Counted from the stretch's first letter, positions 12,063 to 23,829 are shown. The stretch is 64,000 nt of DNA from Cetorhinus maximus (GCF_964194155.1 NW_027596540.1:62001-126000), one strand, 5' to 3'. The notes: a model not told the origin generated them from the letters alone. Translations and numbers: made by a program.

Positions 12063-13406
12063 GGTGCAGGTGTCCTTGTGTCCCTCCAGGTTAACCGCTC
12101 AGTTGAAACCTCATCTTCACACAGAACATGTGTACAATCTCTCCCGGCTGTGAATGGCGTAATGTTGTTTCAGACTGTATAACTGTTTAAAGCTCTTTTC
12201 ACAGTCAGTGCACTGGAGCACTGTCACTCAGTTGTCTGTGTCTCATTGCTTTTCCAGTCACACTGATGCTTGAAATGTTTTCCCACAGACAGAACAGGGG
12301 AACATTTCTCCTTCCACATTCAAAGGGCTGATGATATTCAGGTCCTGATGAATCCAATAACTCTGTCAGATCTTGATGCGATATTTGGTTTGAGTTTCCC
12401 AGATACAAGTCCTCTCCTAATATCCTGTAAAAGGAGTTTACAAAAGTTATCATTGTCAGTGCAGGATAAAAATTCACAACACATAATTCTAGTTTCTACG
12501 GAACATTCTTTCTCTCATATTCCCCAGAAGCAGTAGCTCTCTGTCCCACACACAGTCCCTCCATTCTCACTTTGCTGTACCTCCCAAATCTCCTGAAGGT
12601 GCCATTTCATGCTGATCAGCAGATCCATGTGCACTGCTTCCTGTCCAGGGCACAGGGGCCTTTGAAATCATTATGCAGGCTATATATATATGTATACATT
12701 ATTGGATTTAAAATGTGCATAATATACACTGGCATTACTTGATTAAAGATACAGAGAGGATGCAAGGAAGAGCTTTATTTAGGAGCGAATGTGCATGACC
12801 TGGAACTCACTGCCTACAAGGGTGGAGGAACTCGCGATGATCAGTGATTTCAAAATGAAATTGGTGGACACTTGAAGGAAATAAACTTGTAGGAGAACGG
12901 GGTAGAGAGGGAGAATGGGATGGATGGCTCTAGAGAGAGTCAGCATGGACTTGAGTTGCTGAATGCATTCCTGTGCTGTAATGACTCGATAACTGGAAAT
13001 ATATAACGGTAGCTAGAGTACTATATTACAAGACTAGACATATTTATAAATGAAAGTTATTATCGGTCAACAAAAAATATATCAAATATTTACCATATAA
13101 AAACATTCGACATATCTCTGCCCTATATTAGTTTACTGCCAGCTTAAATGTCAGGCATCTCCTGGGGAATCCGCCTATTTTATTGGAAATACTAGGAAAG
13201 AGGCTATCCTTTTAGCCAGACAAATAAATGTGTCAAGCTGAGGGAGTAAAGGGTGTCAATGTCTTTAAGAGAGAGCGAGAGAGAAAGAGAGACCTGGGTC
13301 AACCTTTCCACAGTCTGCACCCTCTTCCTTTCCCTTCAGTTCCTGCAGGTCAACAATTTAAACCCAGAATTAGAAAAGAAATGGAAAGGGGGAGAAAAAG
13401 AAAGTG

Positions 13407-14230
13407 TTTTACTCACAGATATTTGACACGGGACTGGGGAGAAAGTTTTCGTGTGTGAGAAGCTAAATCCTCATTCAGAGAGAGAAGCAGCATCAGCAGC
13501 TTTGCTGGGCAGTAACGGACAGGTTTAAAAGCTCATTGTCCAACATCCGCATTCAAACAATGGGGGAAGCTCCGTGTCGTCATTGCGACAGTGCCCGCGC
13601 TCTGATTGGTTGGAGGACCATCCACCTTCCGGTCGTCCAGCTCCTCCCATTGGTTAACCTCGGTCCGACCACAATGAGGGAGAGTAACCCGAGCGCGTGT
13701 TCGGTGGAGAGAGTTTGACCATCAAGTCCAGTGCTCTCAATGTGAACTGGGAACGCTCCTCTGAATCATTGTGACGCCTGAATCAGCCAATAGGACTGAC
13801 TGTGCTCCGCGGTGACGTCCTCGGGTTCCAGTTTGCAGACCAGGCGCGCGGACACGGTAGCCCCACCCATTGTTCCCCATCCCCCTAACCTCCTCGAGCC
13901 AAAGTTTCCAGGCAACCGGCTGACGGCTCCGGCCAGAGCGAGAAGCCGCTCAGCGAATTCCCCCTCCCCGCTCTGTCTACGGCGACTGGCTTCTCCAAAA
14001 AGAGATCGAGAGCGACCGCTGACGACAGCCGCACTGCGCCTGCTCCGGACAGAAAGCGCTTTCTGCGCCTGCGTGCTGGGCTGCCAGCTATGGGAGTGGG
14101 GAGGGGACTGTGTAAAATGTCTTCTCCTCATTTTCTTCCAATGCAATTTGATTTTAAACGGCACAGCATTTGTGTTTAGGTTCATAAACATTAAAACTTC
14201 TTCCTCGGTCCAACATCTGTGAGTAAATCA
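13407..14230. promoter_or_regulatory. CpG-rich bidirectional promoter with two paralogous first-exon donors
   Basis: atct|gtgagtaaa on minus (GT at 13416) and plus (GT at 14219); CCAAT boxes, TGACG sites, TGCGCCTGCG NRF1-like words; acceptors at 12425-12426(-) and 15227-15228(+). Confidence 0.7.
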
Positions 14231-15588
14231 CTTTCTTTCCTTCCCCTGGGAAGTACAGAGAGTTGCGGGACTCTGTAACTGGAATTAGTGCCAAATATGC
14301 TGAGGGGGGAAATGCTGGTGATTTTGTGAACCAGGCTGATGCTCCAGCTGTTTAAAGTCATATTTATCCGGTCTATTGAAATGCTATTTGTCTGTTAATG
14401 CAGGCTTCATTTATGTTGAATTTAGTTTGATTGTTACCGGAATCGTTTTTAAAGAATAAAACCTTGTCCTTCTGTTTATTCCGTTGGGGTTGTCTGGGAA
14501 TTTGTATATTTTAAGGTTATTGGTTTCCACAGGGATCGTAACAACAGAGAAATGTCTAGTTATTTATTATTCTGTATTAAAGTTCATTTATTATTATTTC
14601 TAGTCCTGTAATAATACTGTAGCTGCATTATATATTTCCGGTCATAGACTCATTACAGCACAGATGGTGTCCAATTGGAAACTCAGATCCATGCTGACAT
14701 TCTGTAGAGTAATCCAGTGAGTCCCATTCTCCATCTGTATCCTCGTTCCCCTGAAAGTTTTTCTTTCAACTCCCTATCCAATTTCATTTTGAAACCATTG
14801 ATCATCTCCGGTTCTGCCATCCTCATAGGCATCGAATTCCAGGCCATGACAACTCGCTGTCTAAATAAAGTTCTTCCTCAAATCCCCTCTGTATCGCTAA
14901 TCAAGTATTACAATCTTTTTGGCTCCTTCAGGAGAATTGGGAGTGTATAAATGAGATGTAACAGAGTGAGAATGAAGGGAGTAAAAACAGAAAATGGTGC
15001 AAAAAACTCAGCAGGTCTGGCAGCATATGTGGAGTGAGAAACAGAGCTAACATTTTGAATCTGTCTGAACATTCCTGAGAGCTCAAAATGCAGGGAGCAT
15101 GTTGGGAATGGAGATTTACAGCTTTTGGGGAATGAGAGGGGAAAGAATGTTCCATAGAAACTAGAATTGTCTGTTCTGAATTTCTATCGCAGACTTTCTG
15201 TGATGACTTTTGTAAACTCCTTTTACAGGACGTTAGAAGGGGATGATTTGCAGTCAGAAAGCTCAAACCAAAGGTCACGTCAAGATCTGGCAGAGCCACT
15301 CGATTCATCGGGATCGGAATATCAGCAGCCTTTGAACCTAGAAGAAATATTTGTCTGTTATGTCTGCTTCAAAGTATTTGAAACATCAGTGTGACTGGAA
15401 AAGCACCGATTCTCACACACCCGAGTGAGTGTATTCGAATGCACTGGCTTTGGAAGGAGCTATGAACTGTTATACAGTCTGAAGAAACATTGCAGCTTTC
15501 ACAGCCGGGGAGACCGCACAGGGGTTGTGTGTTTGAGCGAGGCTTCAACTGATTGTCAAACCTGGAGAGACACAAGGGTACTCGCACC

Positions 15589-16263
15589 ATGGAGAAACCA
15601 TGGAAATGTAGGGATTGTGGGAAGGGATTCCGATGCCCGTCTGCATTGGAAATTCATCAACGCAGTCACACTGGGGAGAGGCCATTCACCTGCTCTGAGT
15701 GTGGGAAGGCATTCAGTGGTTCATGGCAGCTGCACGCACATCAGCGAGTTCATGCAGTGGAGAGGCCATTCACCTGCTCTCAGTGTGGCAAGAGATTCAG
15801 TGATTCATCAACCCTGCTGAGACACCAGCGAGTTCACACTGGAGAGAGGCCGTTCACCTGCTCTGAGTGTGGGAAGGGATTCACCCAGTTATCCAACCTG
15901 CTAACACACCAGGAAGTTCACACCGGGGAGAGGCCATTCACCTGCTCTCATTGTGGGAAAGGATTCACTCGGTTATTCAACTTGCAGACACATCAGCGAG
16001 TCCACACCGGGGAGAGGCCGTTCACCTGCTCTGTGTGTGGGAAGGGTTTCACCCAGTCATCCAACCTGCTGCTACACCAGCAACTTCACACTGGGGAGAG
16101 GTCATTCCTCTGCTCTCAGTGTGGGAAGGGATTCACTCGATTATCCAGCCTGCAGAGGCACCAGCGAGTTCACACCGGGGAGAGGCCTTTCATCTGCTCT
16201 GTGTGTGGGAAGGGATTCACTCAGTCATCCCATCTGCAGACACACCAGCGTGCTCACAAGTGA
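15589..16263 (+). CDS. C2H2 zinc-finger protein, 8 fingers
   Basis: Intact [17 protein letters not shown]...HQRAHK*, gcACCATGG start. Confidence 0.85.
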   Translation: MEKPWKCRDCGKGFRCPSALEIHQRSHTGERPFTCSECGKAFSGSWQLHAHQRVHAVERPFTCSQCGKRFSDSSTLLRHQRVHTGERPFTCSECGKGFTQLSNLLTHQEVHTGERPFTCSHCGKGFTRLFNLQTHQRVHTGERPFTCSVCGKGFTQSSNLLLHQQLHTGERSFLCSQCGKGFTRLSSLQRHQRVHTGERPFICSVCGKGFTQSSHLQTHQRAHK

Positions 16264-16737
16264 TCACAACGATTGGATTCTGATCTTATTGCTGCTGTTA
16301 ATCACATCCAGAACTGAACCATGTTCATCCTGACAGTTGGTGAAGTGGGAGGATCCCTTTCTGCTGGACTGGCCGGTCTCACAACTTTGTTTCCAGTGGG
16401 CTGATGCTCTTTGAGGCTTGTTGCGAATATCTATTGCACATTTCATATGGATCATAAAATAAAATGCTGTATGGATGGAAAAAGATATTCATGCATTTCT
16501 GTTTGGAATCGCCCAAAGCATGCCACGTTGCCATGGAGATGGGCTGTTGGAGTTAGAAGTTTAATTTATCTGGGTGTTTCCCACAGAAGGCAGTTGCACA
16601 TCTGGGCTTGTGTATTTTGCAGCTCACTTGGAGTTGGTGAGGGAAAAGAAGCTGGAAGATTTGCCTGGCTTGGAGCTAGAGGATGAAATCTACAGTGGCC
16701 CTCCCAGTGAAAGGCCTTGTGGTAGAAAGCAGTTAAT

Positions 16738-17445
16738 CATATGAATTAGGAGCAGGTGTTGGCCATTCAGGCCTGTGAGCCTGCTCAGCCATGTGATAAG
16801 ATCATAGCTGATCTGATTGAGGCCCCAACTCTACTTTCCTGTCTACCCCCATAATCTCTGATTCCCTGTCAATCAAGAATTAACTCAACCTCAAAATTAT
16901 TCAGTAGCCTCCACTGCTTTCTGGTGAAGAGAATTCCACAATAGACGACCCTGTGAGGAGACAAATTTCTCCTCATCTCTGTCCTAAATGGGAGACCCCT
17001 TATTTTTAAACAGTGGCCCCTAGTTGTCGTCTCTCCCATAAGGAGAAACATCCTCAGCCTCCGAAGTGGCCGGGAGGCACAGATTTGTTTCAGCTCAAAA
17101 GGAGGCCATTCAGCCCATCGTGACTGCACCGGCTCTTTGAATGGTCATTTGATTTAGAGCCGCTCTCCCGCCTTCTACCTATAAACCTGCATGTTCTTCC
17201 TTTTCCGATAACAGTCTAATTCCCTTTTGAATGCTTCAATTGAACCTGCCTCCACCACACTCCCAGGCAGTGCATTCCAGACCTTAACCACTCACTGCGT
17301 GAAGAAGGTTTTCCTCGTGTCACTTTTGCTTCTTTTACCAACTACTTTAAATCTGTGCCCTCTCGTTTTAGATCCTTTCAGAAGGGGGATCTCATCAGAT
17401 TCTCCCCATCAACCCTGTCCAGACCCCTCATGATTTTGAATACAC
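16738..17445 (-). mobile_element. Two CR1 3'-end fragments
   Basis: TTRGHCLKIRGLPFRTEMRRN and a second ...VVKVWNALP-type end. Confidence 0.8.
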
Positions 17446-17454
17446 TTCCAGCCC

Positions 17455-17760
17455 ACTGAAACACCAGTTCTTCAGACTGGTGAGAGGCCATTCATCTGCT
17501 CTGAGTGTGGGAAGGGATTCACTCATCATCCCACCTACTGGCACACCAGGGAATTCACAAGTAACTATTGTGATTGGATTTTGCTGTTAATCACAAACAG
17601 AACTGAACTATGTTTATTGGGGTCTGTTTCTGCTGATGTTAATAAACTCCAGCCCAGTTATAGGGCATAATATTGTGGATAAAATTCAAATCAGCAGCTT
17701 TGTGTTAAATACAGTGTGTTGAGTCTTTTTAGTATCTCTGAGACAAGTTAGTTCCTTTTG
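17455..17760 (+). pseudogene. ZNF remnant: last finger plus conserved 3' block
   Basis: [16 protein letters not shown] (frameshift) HLLAHQGIHK* followed by ttggattttgctgttaatcaca. Confidence 0.75.
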
Positions 17761-17769
17761 AAGGGCTCT

Positions 17770-18620
17770 CCCTCTCCCCTGTCTCCTCCATCCTCATTGC
17801 CAACAAGTGTGAGAAGCTCATGGAGTTTCTTTGTCACTAAGATTGAAACAATTTGATCAGCTGCCTCTGCTGCCTCCCTCCCTTCCACTAGATCACCAGT
17901 CCAATTAACCTTGAATGTTCCCCCCTCGCCCTGAACGTACATCTTTCTGTAGTTTCTCTCCCATGTCCCCTCGTTCCTTCTCAGCACTTAGCTTTGCCAT
18001 GAGACCCATCTCCTGCTACCCCAGCCCTATTTTCACTCATTTGTTGATCTCCAAGCTTCCCATGTTCATTAACATTGTTAACAGTTCTCTCTCTTCAGGC
18101 ACTGCTCCTCTCTCCTTCAAATCTGACATTATCACCCCCTCCTCAATAAAATCAACCATTGATCCCACCATCCTTGCAAACCACTCCAAGCTCCCTTTCC
18201 CCTTCAAAGTCCTGAAATGTGTTGACACCTCCCAAATCCTGCCCATCTTTTTGGAATTCCATTTTTGAATCTGAACATATGAAATAAGAGCAGAAGTAGG
18301 CCATTTGGCCCCTCGACACATAAGATTTCTGCCTCTGCCACATTATCGAAGTAGCTCTTCTCATCATCCTAAACTGCATCCAATGTAACCAAGGTAAACT
18401 CTCCCTCATTGTCCTTTGTCCTTCTTGGCCCATCTACAGTCTTTGACACCATTGACCAAACCATCCATAGCGATGGTGAATAAATGCTGGCCTAGCCACA
18501 TCCCATAAATGAATTAAAACATAAATTCCTTCAATGCCTCTTCATTGTTGTCCAGCTGGGTGGGACTGATCCCTGATTCCTTTATTATCAAATTGCAGCA
18601 AGAGGATCAGCTGCAGTAGC
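17770..18620 (+). mobile_element. L2-type LINE ORF2 fragment
   Basis: Pre-RT region NIVNSSLSSGTAPLSFK...DPTILAN; same junction as 45115-46095(-). Confidence 0.7.
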
Positions 18621-19049
18621 TGTGATTATTTGAGTTTTTTTTACAAACTGACTCACTGGGAAAATGATCATGTGTCACTAGACATTAACATAAAAATGTT
18701 CCATTATCGGTCTCACATTGACTGTCTCTTACAGACCAAGTCCTTCTAAATATATCACCGCTCCTGGATTAGATCAACAGGGAAAAGTGAAGACGGTATA
18801 GTCCACAACCCAATCTAATAGCAGTAAAAATATCTGAAAATTCCCATTAAAATGCAAGGCATTGCAGAGCAACTGTGTCTTCTGTGACTTATTGGAACAG
18901 AGTCATTACACAGATTGGCCAAAAGCTCCATTATTGCAGGATGCGGATGGTAGAAGATGGAGCTTGATCTTTCTTATTTTTCAACACCGACATTAGCGGA
19001 ATCTCACCCCCACTTTCCTAGAATCAAACGAAGATTAAGTGAGTTCGAT

Positions 19050-19460
19050 CTCTAATGGCGGCCGCAGTACCCACAATACCATACGGCTCAGAAACCGCTC
19101 TATCTGCCGCGGGTTGGCCGGGTGGGTCGCGCATGCTCGGAGGGTCTTGGTCTCTTTGTTTGAGGTTGTTCCCGGAGAGAAGCCGGAAGCGGCGGATAGT
19201 GAGAGTGGAGAATGTTCATTGTTTAATATTCGGCTCTGGGGCCGCACTCGGGATTTGTAAACCCCGCCCCCCTGCCCGGGGTTTATTCACCCGACTGTTC
19301 ACGATGCGCGGCTGATTGACGGCGGAGCTAGACCAATAGGAAGAGGGGGCGGGGTTGGGGGCATAAGCACCGACGGCTGATCCTCCAACCAATTGGAGTG
19401 AATGAGGGGCGGGGCTGAGTCCAGATCATTGGCTGAAACTCTGCATCATTTTGAAATGGG
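19050..19460. promoter_or_regulatory. CpG promoter module, copy 1 (uninterrupted)
   Basis: TACCCACAATACC (ZNF143-like), GCGCATGC, CCGGAAG, CCAAT x2-3, GGGGCGGGG x2. Confidence 0.6.
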
Positions 19461-19495
19461 CAATGGGAGATGTCACAGAGCTGGAAGCAGGCAGC

Positions 19496-20055
19496 CTGGA
19501 GTATTGTGTGCAGTTTTCGTCTCCTTACCGAAGAAAGGATATACTTGCCACAGAGGAAGTGACTGCAAAGCTTCACCAGCCTGATTCCTGGGATGGCAGG
19601 ATTGTTGTATGAGGAGAGTTTTGGGTCGACTCGAGCTGTATTCACTAGAGTTCAGAAGAATGAGAGGGGACGTCATTGAAACGTTTAAAATTCGGACAGA
19701 AGTGTACAGACTGGATGCAGGGATGATGTTTCCCCAGGCTGGGTTTGGAGGGGTGGGTGGTGGGGGGCGTCTGGAACAAGGGGTCAGTCTCAGGATATGG
19801 TGCAGGCCATTTAGGACTGAGTTGAGGAGAAATTTCTTTGCACAGTGCGTGGTGAACCTGTGGAATTGTCTACCACAAAAGGCTGTGGAGGCCAAATCGC
19901 TGAATAGATTTCTAGACATGAAAGGCATCAAGGGGTTTGGGGAAAGAGGGGGAGTATGATGTTGAGGTAGAGGGTCAGCCATGATCATTTGAATGGAAGA
20001 GCAGGCTCGAGGGGCCAAATGGCCTACTCCTGCTCCTATTTTCTATGTTTCTAAG
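19496..20055 (+). mobile_element. CR1 3' end, duplicated at 26155-26715
   Basis: LYSLEFRRMRGD...RRNFFAQCVVNLWNCLP; near-identical second copy. Confidence 0.85.
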
Positions 20056-20159
20056 TGTCTATGCCTTGGTAAAGGAGCAGATGTTGGTCACAAAATCAGC
20101 TCAGGGTGAAATCAACGTTGAGATGATGAACAATGTGGCTCAGACTCAGACAGTGGCCA

Positions 20160-21632
20160 GAATAACAACAGAATAATAGAATCCAACCAATACAGTCAGA
20201 TGTGAACTTACTGGTGTGTCAGAAGGTTGAATGATCGAGTGAATCCCTTCCCAGATTCAGTGCAGGTGAATGGTTTCTCTCCATTGGTATTTCATCTGAT
20301 CTTTAGAGCTTTGAAAACTCTTCAGACAGTGAGAACAATTAAAAGGTCTCTTATCAGACTCAACAACCTGATGGGCAGTGAGGTTGGACACACAAGTGAA
20401 TCAGGATTGGATGTGTCAATAAATTTCAGTTATGGAGCAGCTCTATTAAGAGAAAGGCAGGACAAACTTAAGGACTAAAGGTAAAGTTCAGGCAGTGATT
20501 TACAGAACAACGTGAGCTCTATACTTCCCTTGTCATATCTGGACAGCAGAGCACACTTCTTCCCTTGGAGCTTCCAGTTTTCTTGTGGAGTTTCCAGCTT
20601 TCGTGTTTCTTTCTCTTCTTTCCTTTGTTCTTTTCTCCACTGTACCAAACCCCTCAGGTGGACTGTTCTTATGCTGGAAACCCCCCAACTGGCTCCCCTG
20701 AGGCCGCCAATCAGAACTGTCCATGGACATTTCACTACACAATCATGTGGCTCTTGTCCAATCACAGGTGTGTTCATGTGAACAGCATTCGCCTGTTGAT
20801 GAGAGCACACATATTCCTCTATGATTACATAGAACATCTGCACTTCCACCATCTCACAGTTCTAAACTCAGACAAGCCGGTTCAAAGCATGACATCACCT
20901 CCAGAGATTCTACCCTACAGATCAACACACAGGCAAAGAAAGAACACAACTCCTGCAGACTATATTAATACACAGTCAAAGAAAGAACAGAATTCTCACA
21001 GACTGTATCCGGAGAATGGATGACTGAGTGAATCTCTTCCCACACACGGAGTAAGTTTTATGCTTTCTCCTCACTGTGAATGTGCTGGTGTTTCTGGAAG
21101 CTGGATGATTCGGTAAATCGCTTCCCACACACAGTGCAGGTGAATGGCCTCTCCCCAGTGTGACTGTGCCAATGAGTTCCCAGCCGGGATAGAGAACTGA
21201 GTCCCTTCCCACAGTCCCCACATTTCCATGGTTTCTCCCTGTTGCTTAATCCTTGCTGACAATTCTTACTGACTTACACACTCTTCAAAGTGAAACCTCC
21301 ATTATGAAATTAAATTATCAAACAACAGGAATCAAAACAGTGAAATATTTTACAGGCACATCAATAAAAGCTTCATCAATCAACATTGATACTGATGAAA
21401 TTTGGAAGTCACTGAGTTCAATTATTTCTGACACAGCAGCAGCAACATTTGGTAAAGGTGGAACCCACAACAAAGGCTGGTTTGAGACCTACTCAGCAGA
21501 GATGACATATATCATTGAAGCAAAAAGCAAAGCCTACCTGATGTACAACATAAACCCAACAGCTAAGTACTGTGTGCAGTACCCTGTTGCTAGTGTCCAT
21601 GTGTCTCTCCAGGTTGGACGATCAGTTAAGCC
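20160..21632 (-). pseudogene. Fragmented ZNF pseudogene interrupted by two insertions (about 20414-21016 and 21247-21581)
   Basis: [13 protein letters not shown].., [13 protein letters not shown].., terminal finger and 3' block; stops and frameshifts. Confidence 0.8.
21247..21581 (+). mobile_element. RTE-clade LINE ORF2 fragment flanked by a 10-bp direct repeat
   Basis: W..L...I...AAATFGK....NKGWF motif; ccctgttgct at 21237-21246 and 21582-21591. Confidence 0.6.
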
Positions 21633-21639
21633 TTACACA

Positions 21640-22190
21640 GGATTATATAGGATATACAGCACAGAAGGAAGCCATTGAGCCCAACCAGTGCATGTTGGTG
21701 TTTATTTTCCACTCAAGCCACCTCTCATCTTTCCACTTCTAAATCTACTATCATGAGCTAATATTTCCTTCAGCCACATATGTTTGTCTAACCTCCCCAT
21801 GAATACATCTATACTATTCCCTTCACCCACTTCCTGTGGTCTTCAGTTCCACATTCTCACCACTCTTTGGGCGAAGAAGTTTCTTTTGAATTCCCTATTG
21901 GATTTCTCGGTGACTATCTTATATTGATGGTCTCTAGTTTTGCTCTTCCCCACAAGAGGAAACATTCTGTCTGTTTCCTCTCCATTAAAACTTTCATCAT
22001 TTTAAAGTCCTAAATTAGTTCAGCTTCAGACATCTTTTTTCAAGAGAAAAGAGATCCAGTCTGTTCATCCTTTCCTGATATGTAAACCCATGCATTTCTG
22101 GTATCATTCTTATCAATTTTCTCTGCACCCTCTCCAGTGTCTCTATATCCTTTCTATAATTTGGTGACCAGAACTGCACACAGTACTTGG
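21640..22190 (-). mobile_element. CR1 3' end
   Basis: YCVQFWSPNYRKDIETLERVQR...FSLEKR. Confidence 0.85.
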
Positions 22191-22219
22191 CTGTTGGGTT
22201 TATTTTGTGTGTCAAAAGG

Positions 22220-23810
22220 AGATCTTCCTTCCACAGCTTCCAACCTCATAGTCTCCCAACCTCCCACAACTCTTTCTCCGGTACATCGATGACTGCTTCG
22301 GTGCCACTTCATGCTGTCACCTGGACCTGGAAAAATTTATTAATTTTGATTCCAATTTCCACTCCTCCAACACTTTCACATGGTCTATCACTGACACTTC
22401 CCTTTCCTTCTTTGACCTCTCTGTCTCAATTTCTGGTGATAGACTGTCCACCAATATTCATGACAAGCCCACCGACTCCCACAGCTACCTCGACTACAGC
22501 TCCTCACACTCTGCTTCCTGTTAGGACTCCATCCCATTCTCTCAGTTCCTTCACCTCCGTCGCATAGTTCCGATGATGCCACTTTCCAAAACAGTTCTTC
22601 TGACATGTCTTCCTTCTTCCTTAACCGAGGTTTTCCACACACGGTGGTTGACAGGGCCCTCAACCCTGTCCGACCCATCTCCCGCACATCTGCCCTCACA
22701 CCTTCCTCTCCCTCCCAGAACCATGATAGGGTCCCCCTTGTCCTCACTTATCACCCCACAGCCTCCGCATTCAAAGGATCATCCTCCACCATTTCTGCCA
22801 ATTCCAGCATGATGCCACCACCAAACACATCTTTCCTTCACCGCCCCCCCGTCGGCATTCTGTAGGGACCATTCCCTCCGGGATACCCTGGTCCACTCCT
22901 CCATCACCCCTACACCTCAACACCCTCCCATGCAACCACAGAAGGTACAACACCTGCCCCTATACTTACCTCCTCCTCACCGTCCAAGGGCCCAAACACT
23001 CCTTTCAAGTGAAGCAGTAATTCACTTGCACTTCCATCAATTTAGTCTGCTGCATTCGCTGCTCCCAATGTGGTCTCCTCTACTTTGGAGAGACTAAACG
23101 CAGACTGGGTGACCACTTTTCAGAACACCTTTGGTCTGTCCACAAGCATGACCCAGACCTTCCTGTCGCTTGCCATTTCAACACCCCATCCTGCTGTCAT
23201 GCTCACATGACCGTTCTTGGCCTGCTGCAATGTTCCAGTGAAGCTCAACGCAAACTGGAGGAACAGCACCTCATCTTCCGACTAGGCACTTTACAGCCTT
23301 CCGGGATGAATATTGAATTCAACAACTTTAGATCTTAAACTCCCCCTCCCCCCATCCCCACCCCGTTTCTTCCCTATCCCTTTTTTTCAATAATTTATAT
23401 AGATTCTTCTTTTCCCACCTATTTCCATTATTTTTAAATCTACAACTAATACCTTGTTAGTCTTTCCACCCAACCCCCACTAGAGCTGAACCTTGAGTAT
23501 CCTGCCATCCATTATTAATTAGCACTTTTCTTAGATAATATCACCACCTTCAACACCTCTTTGATCCTTTTGTCTGTGACATGTTTTGATTATCTGCTCC
23601 TATCACTGCTTGCTTGTCCCCACAACCACCCCACCCTCAACTTCTCTCTCCCCCCGCCCCCCACCTTAAACCAGCTTATATTTCACCTCTCTCCTAACTA
23701 TACATCAGTTCTGTTGAAGGGTCATGTTGGACTCGAAACGTCAACTCTTTTCTTCTCCAGCGATGCTGCCAGACCTGCTGAGTTTTTCCAGGTAATTCTG
23801 TTTTTGTTAT
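22220..23810 (+). mobile_element. Penelope-like element (RT C-terminus, GIY-YIG, 3' tail), degenerate
   Basis: RYIDDC-like RT motif, DRVPLVLTYHP, CSQCGLLYFGETKR.L..EH; tail with hammerhead-like core. Confidence 0.85.
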
Positions 23811-23829
23811 GGATCTCCCTCATTTGTTG

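Noticed and set aside
14274-14543. Solo LTR (tgtaac...cgtaaca) in intron 1
   Set aside because: No target-site duplication and no second copy in the window
15380-15560. Selenocysteine recoding of the recurrent in-frame TGAs (one paralog has TGT at the finger-A site)
   Set aside because: Most TGAs sit at Arg-type (CGA) or helix positions, the leaders also carry frameshifts and TAA/TAG, and no SECIS-like core was recognised in the 3' block
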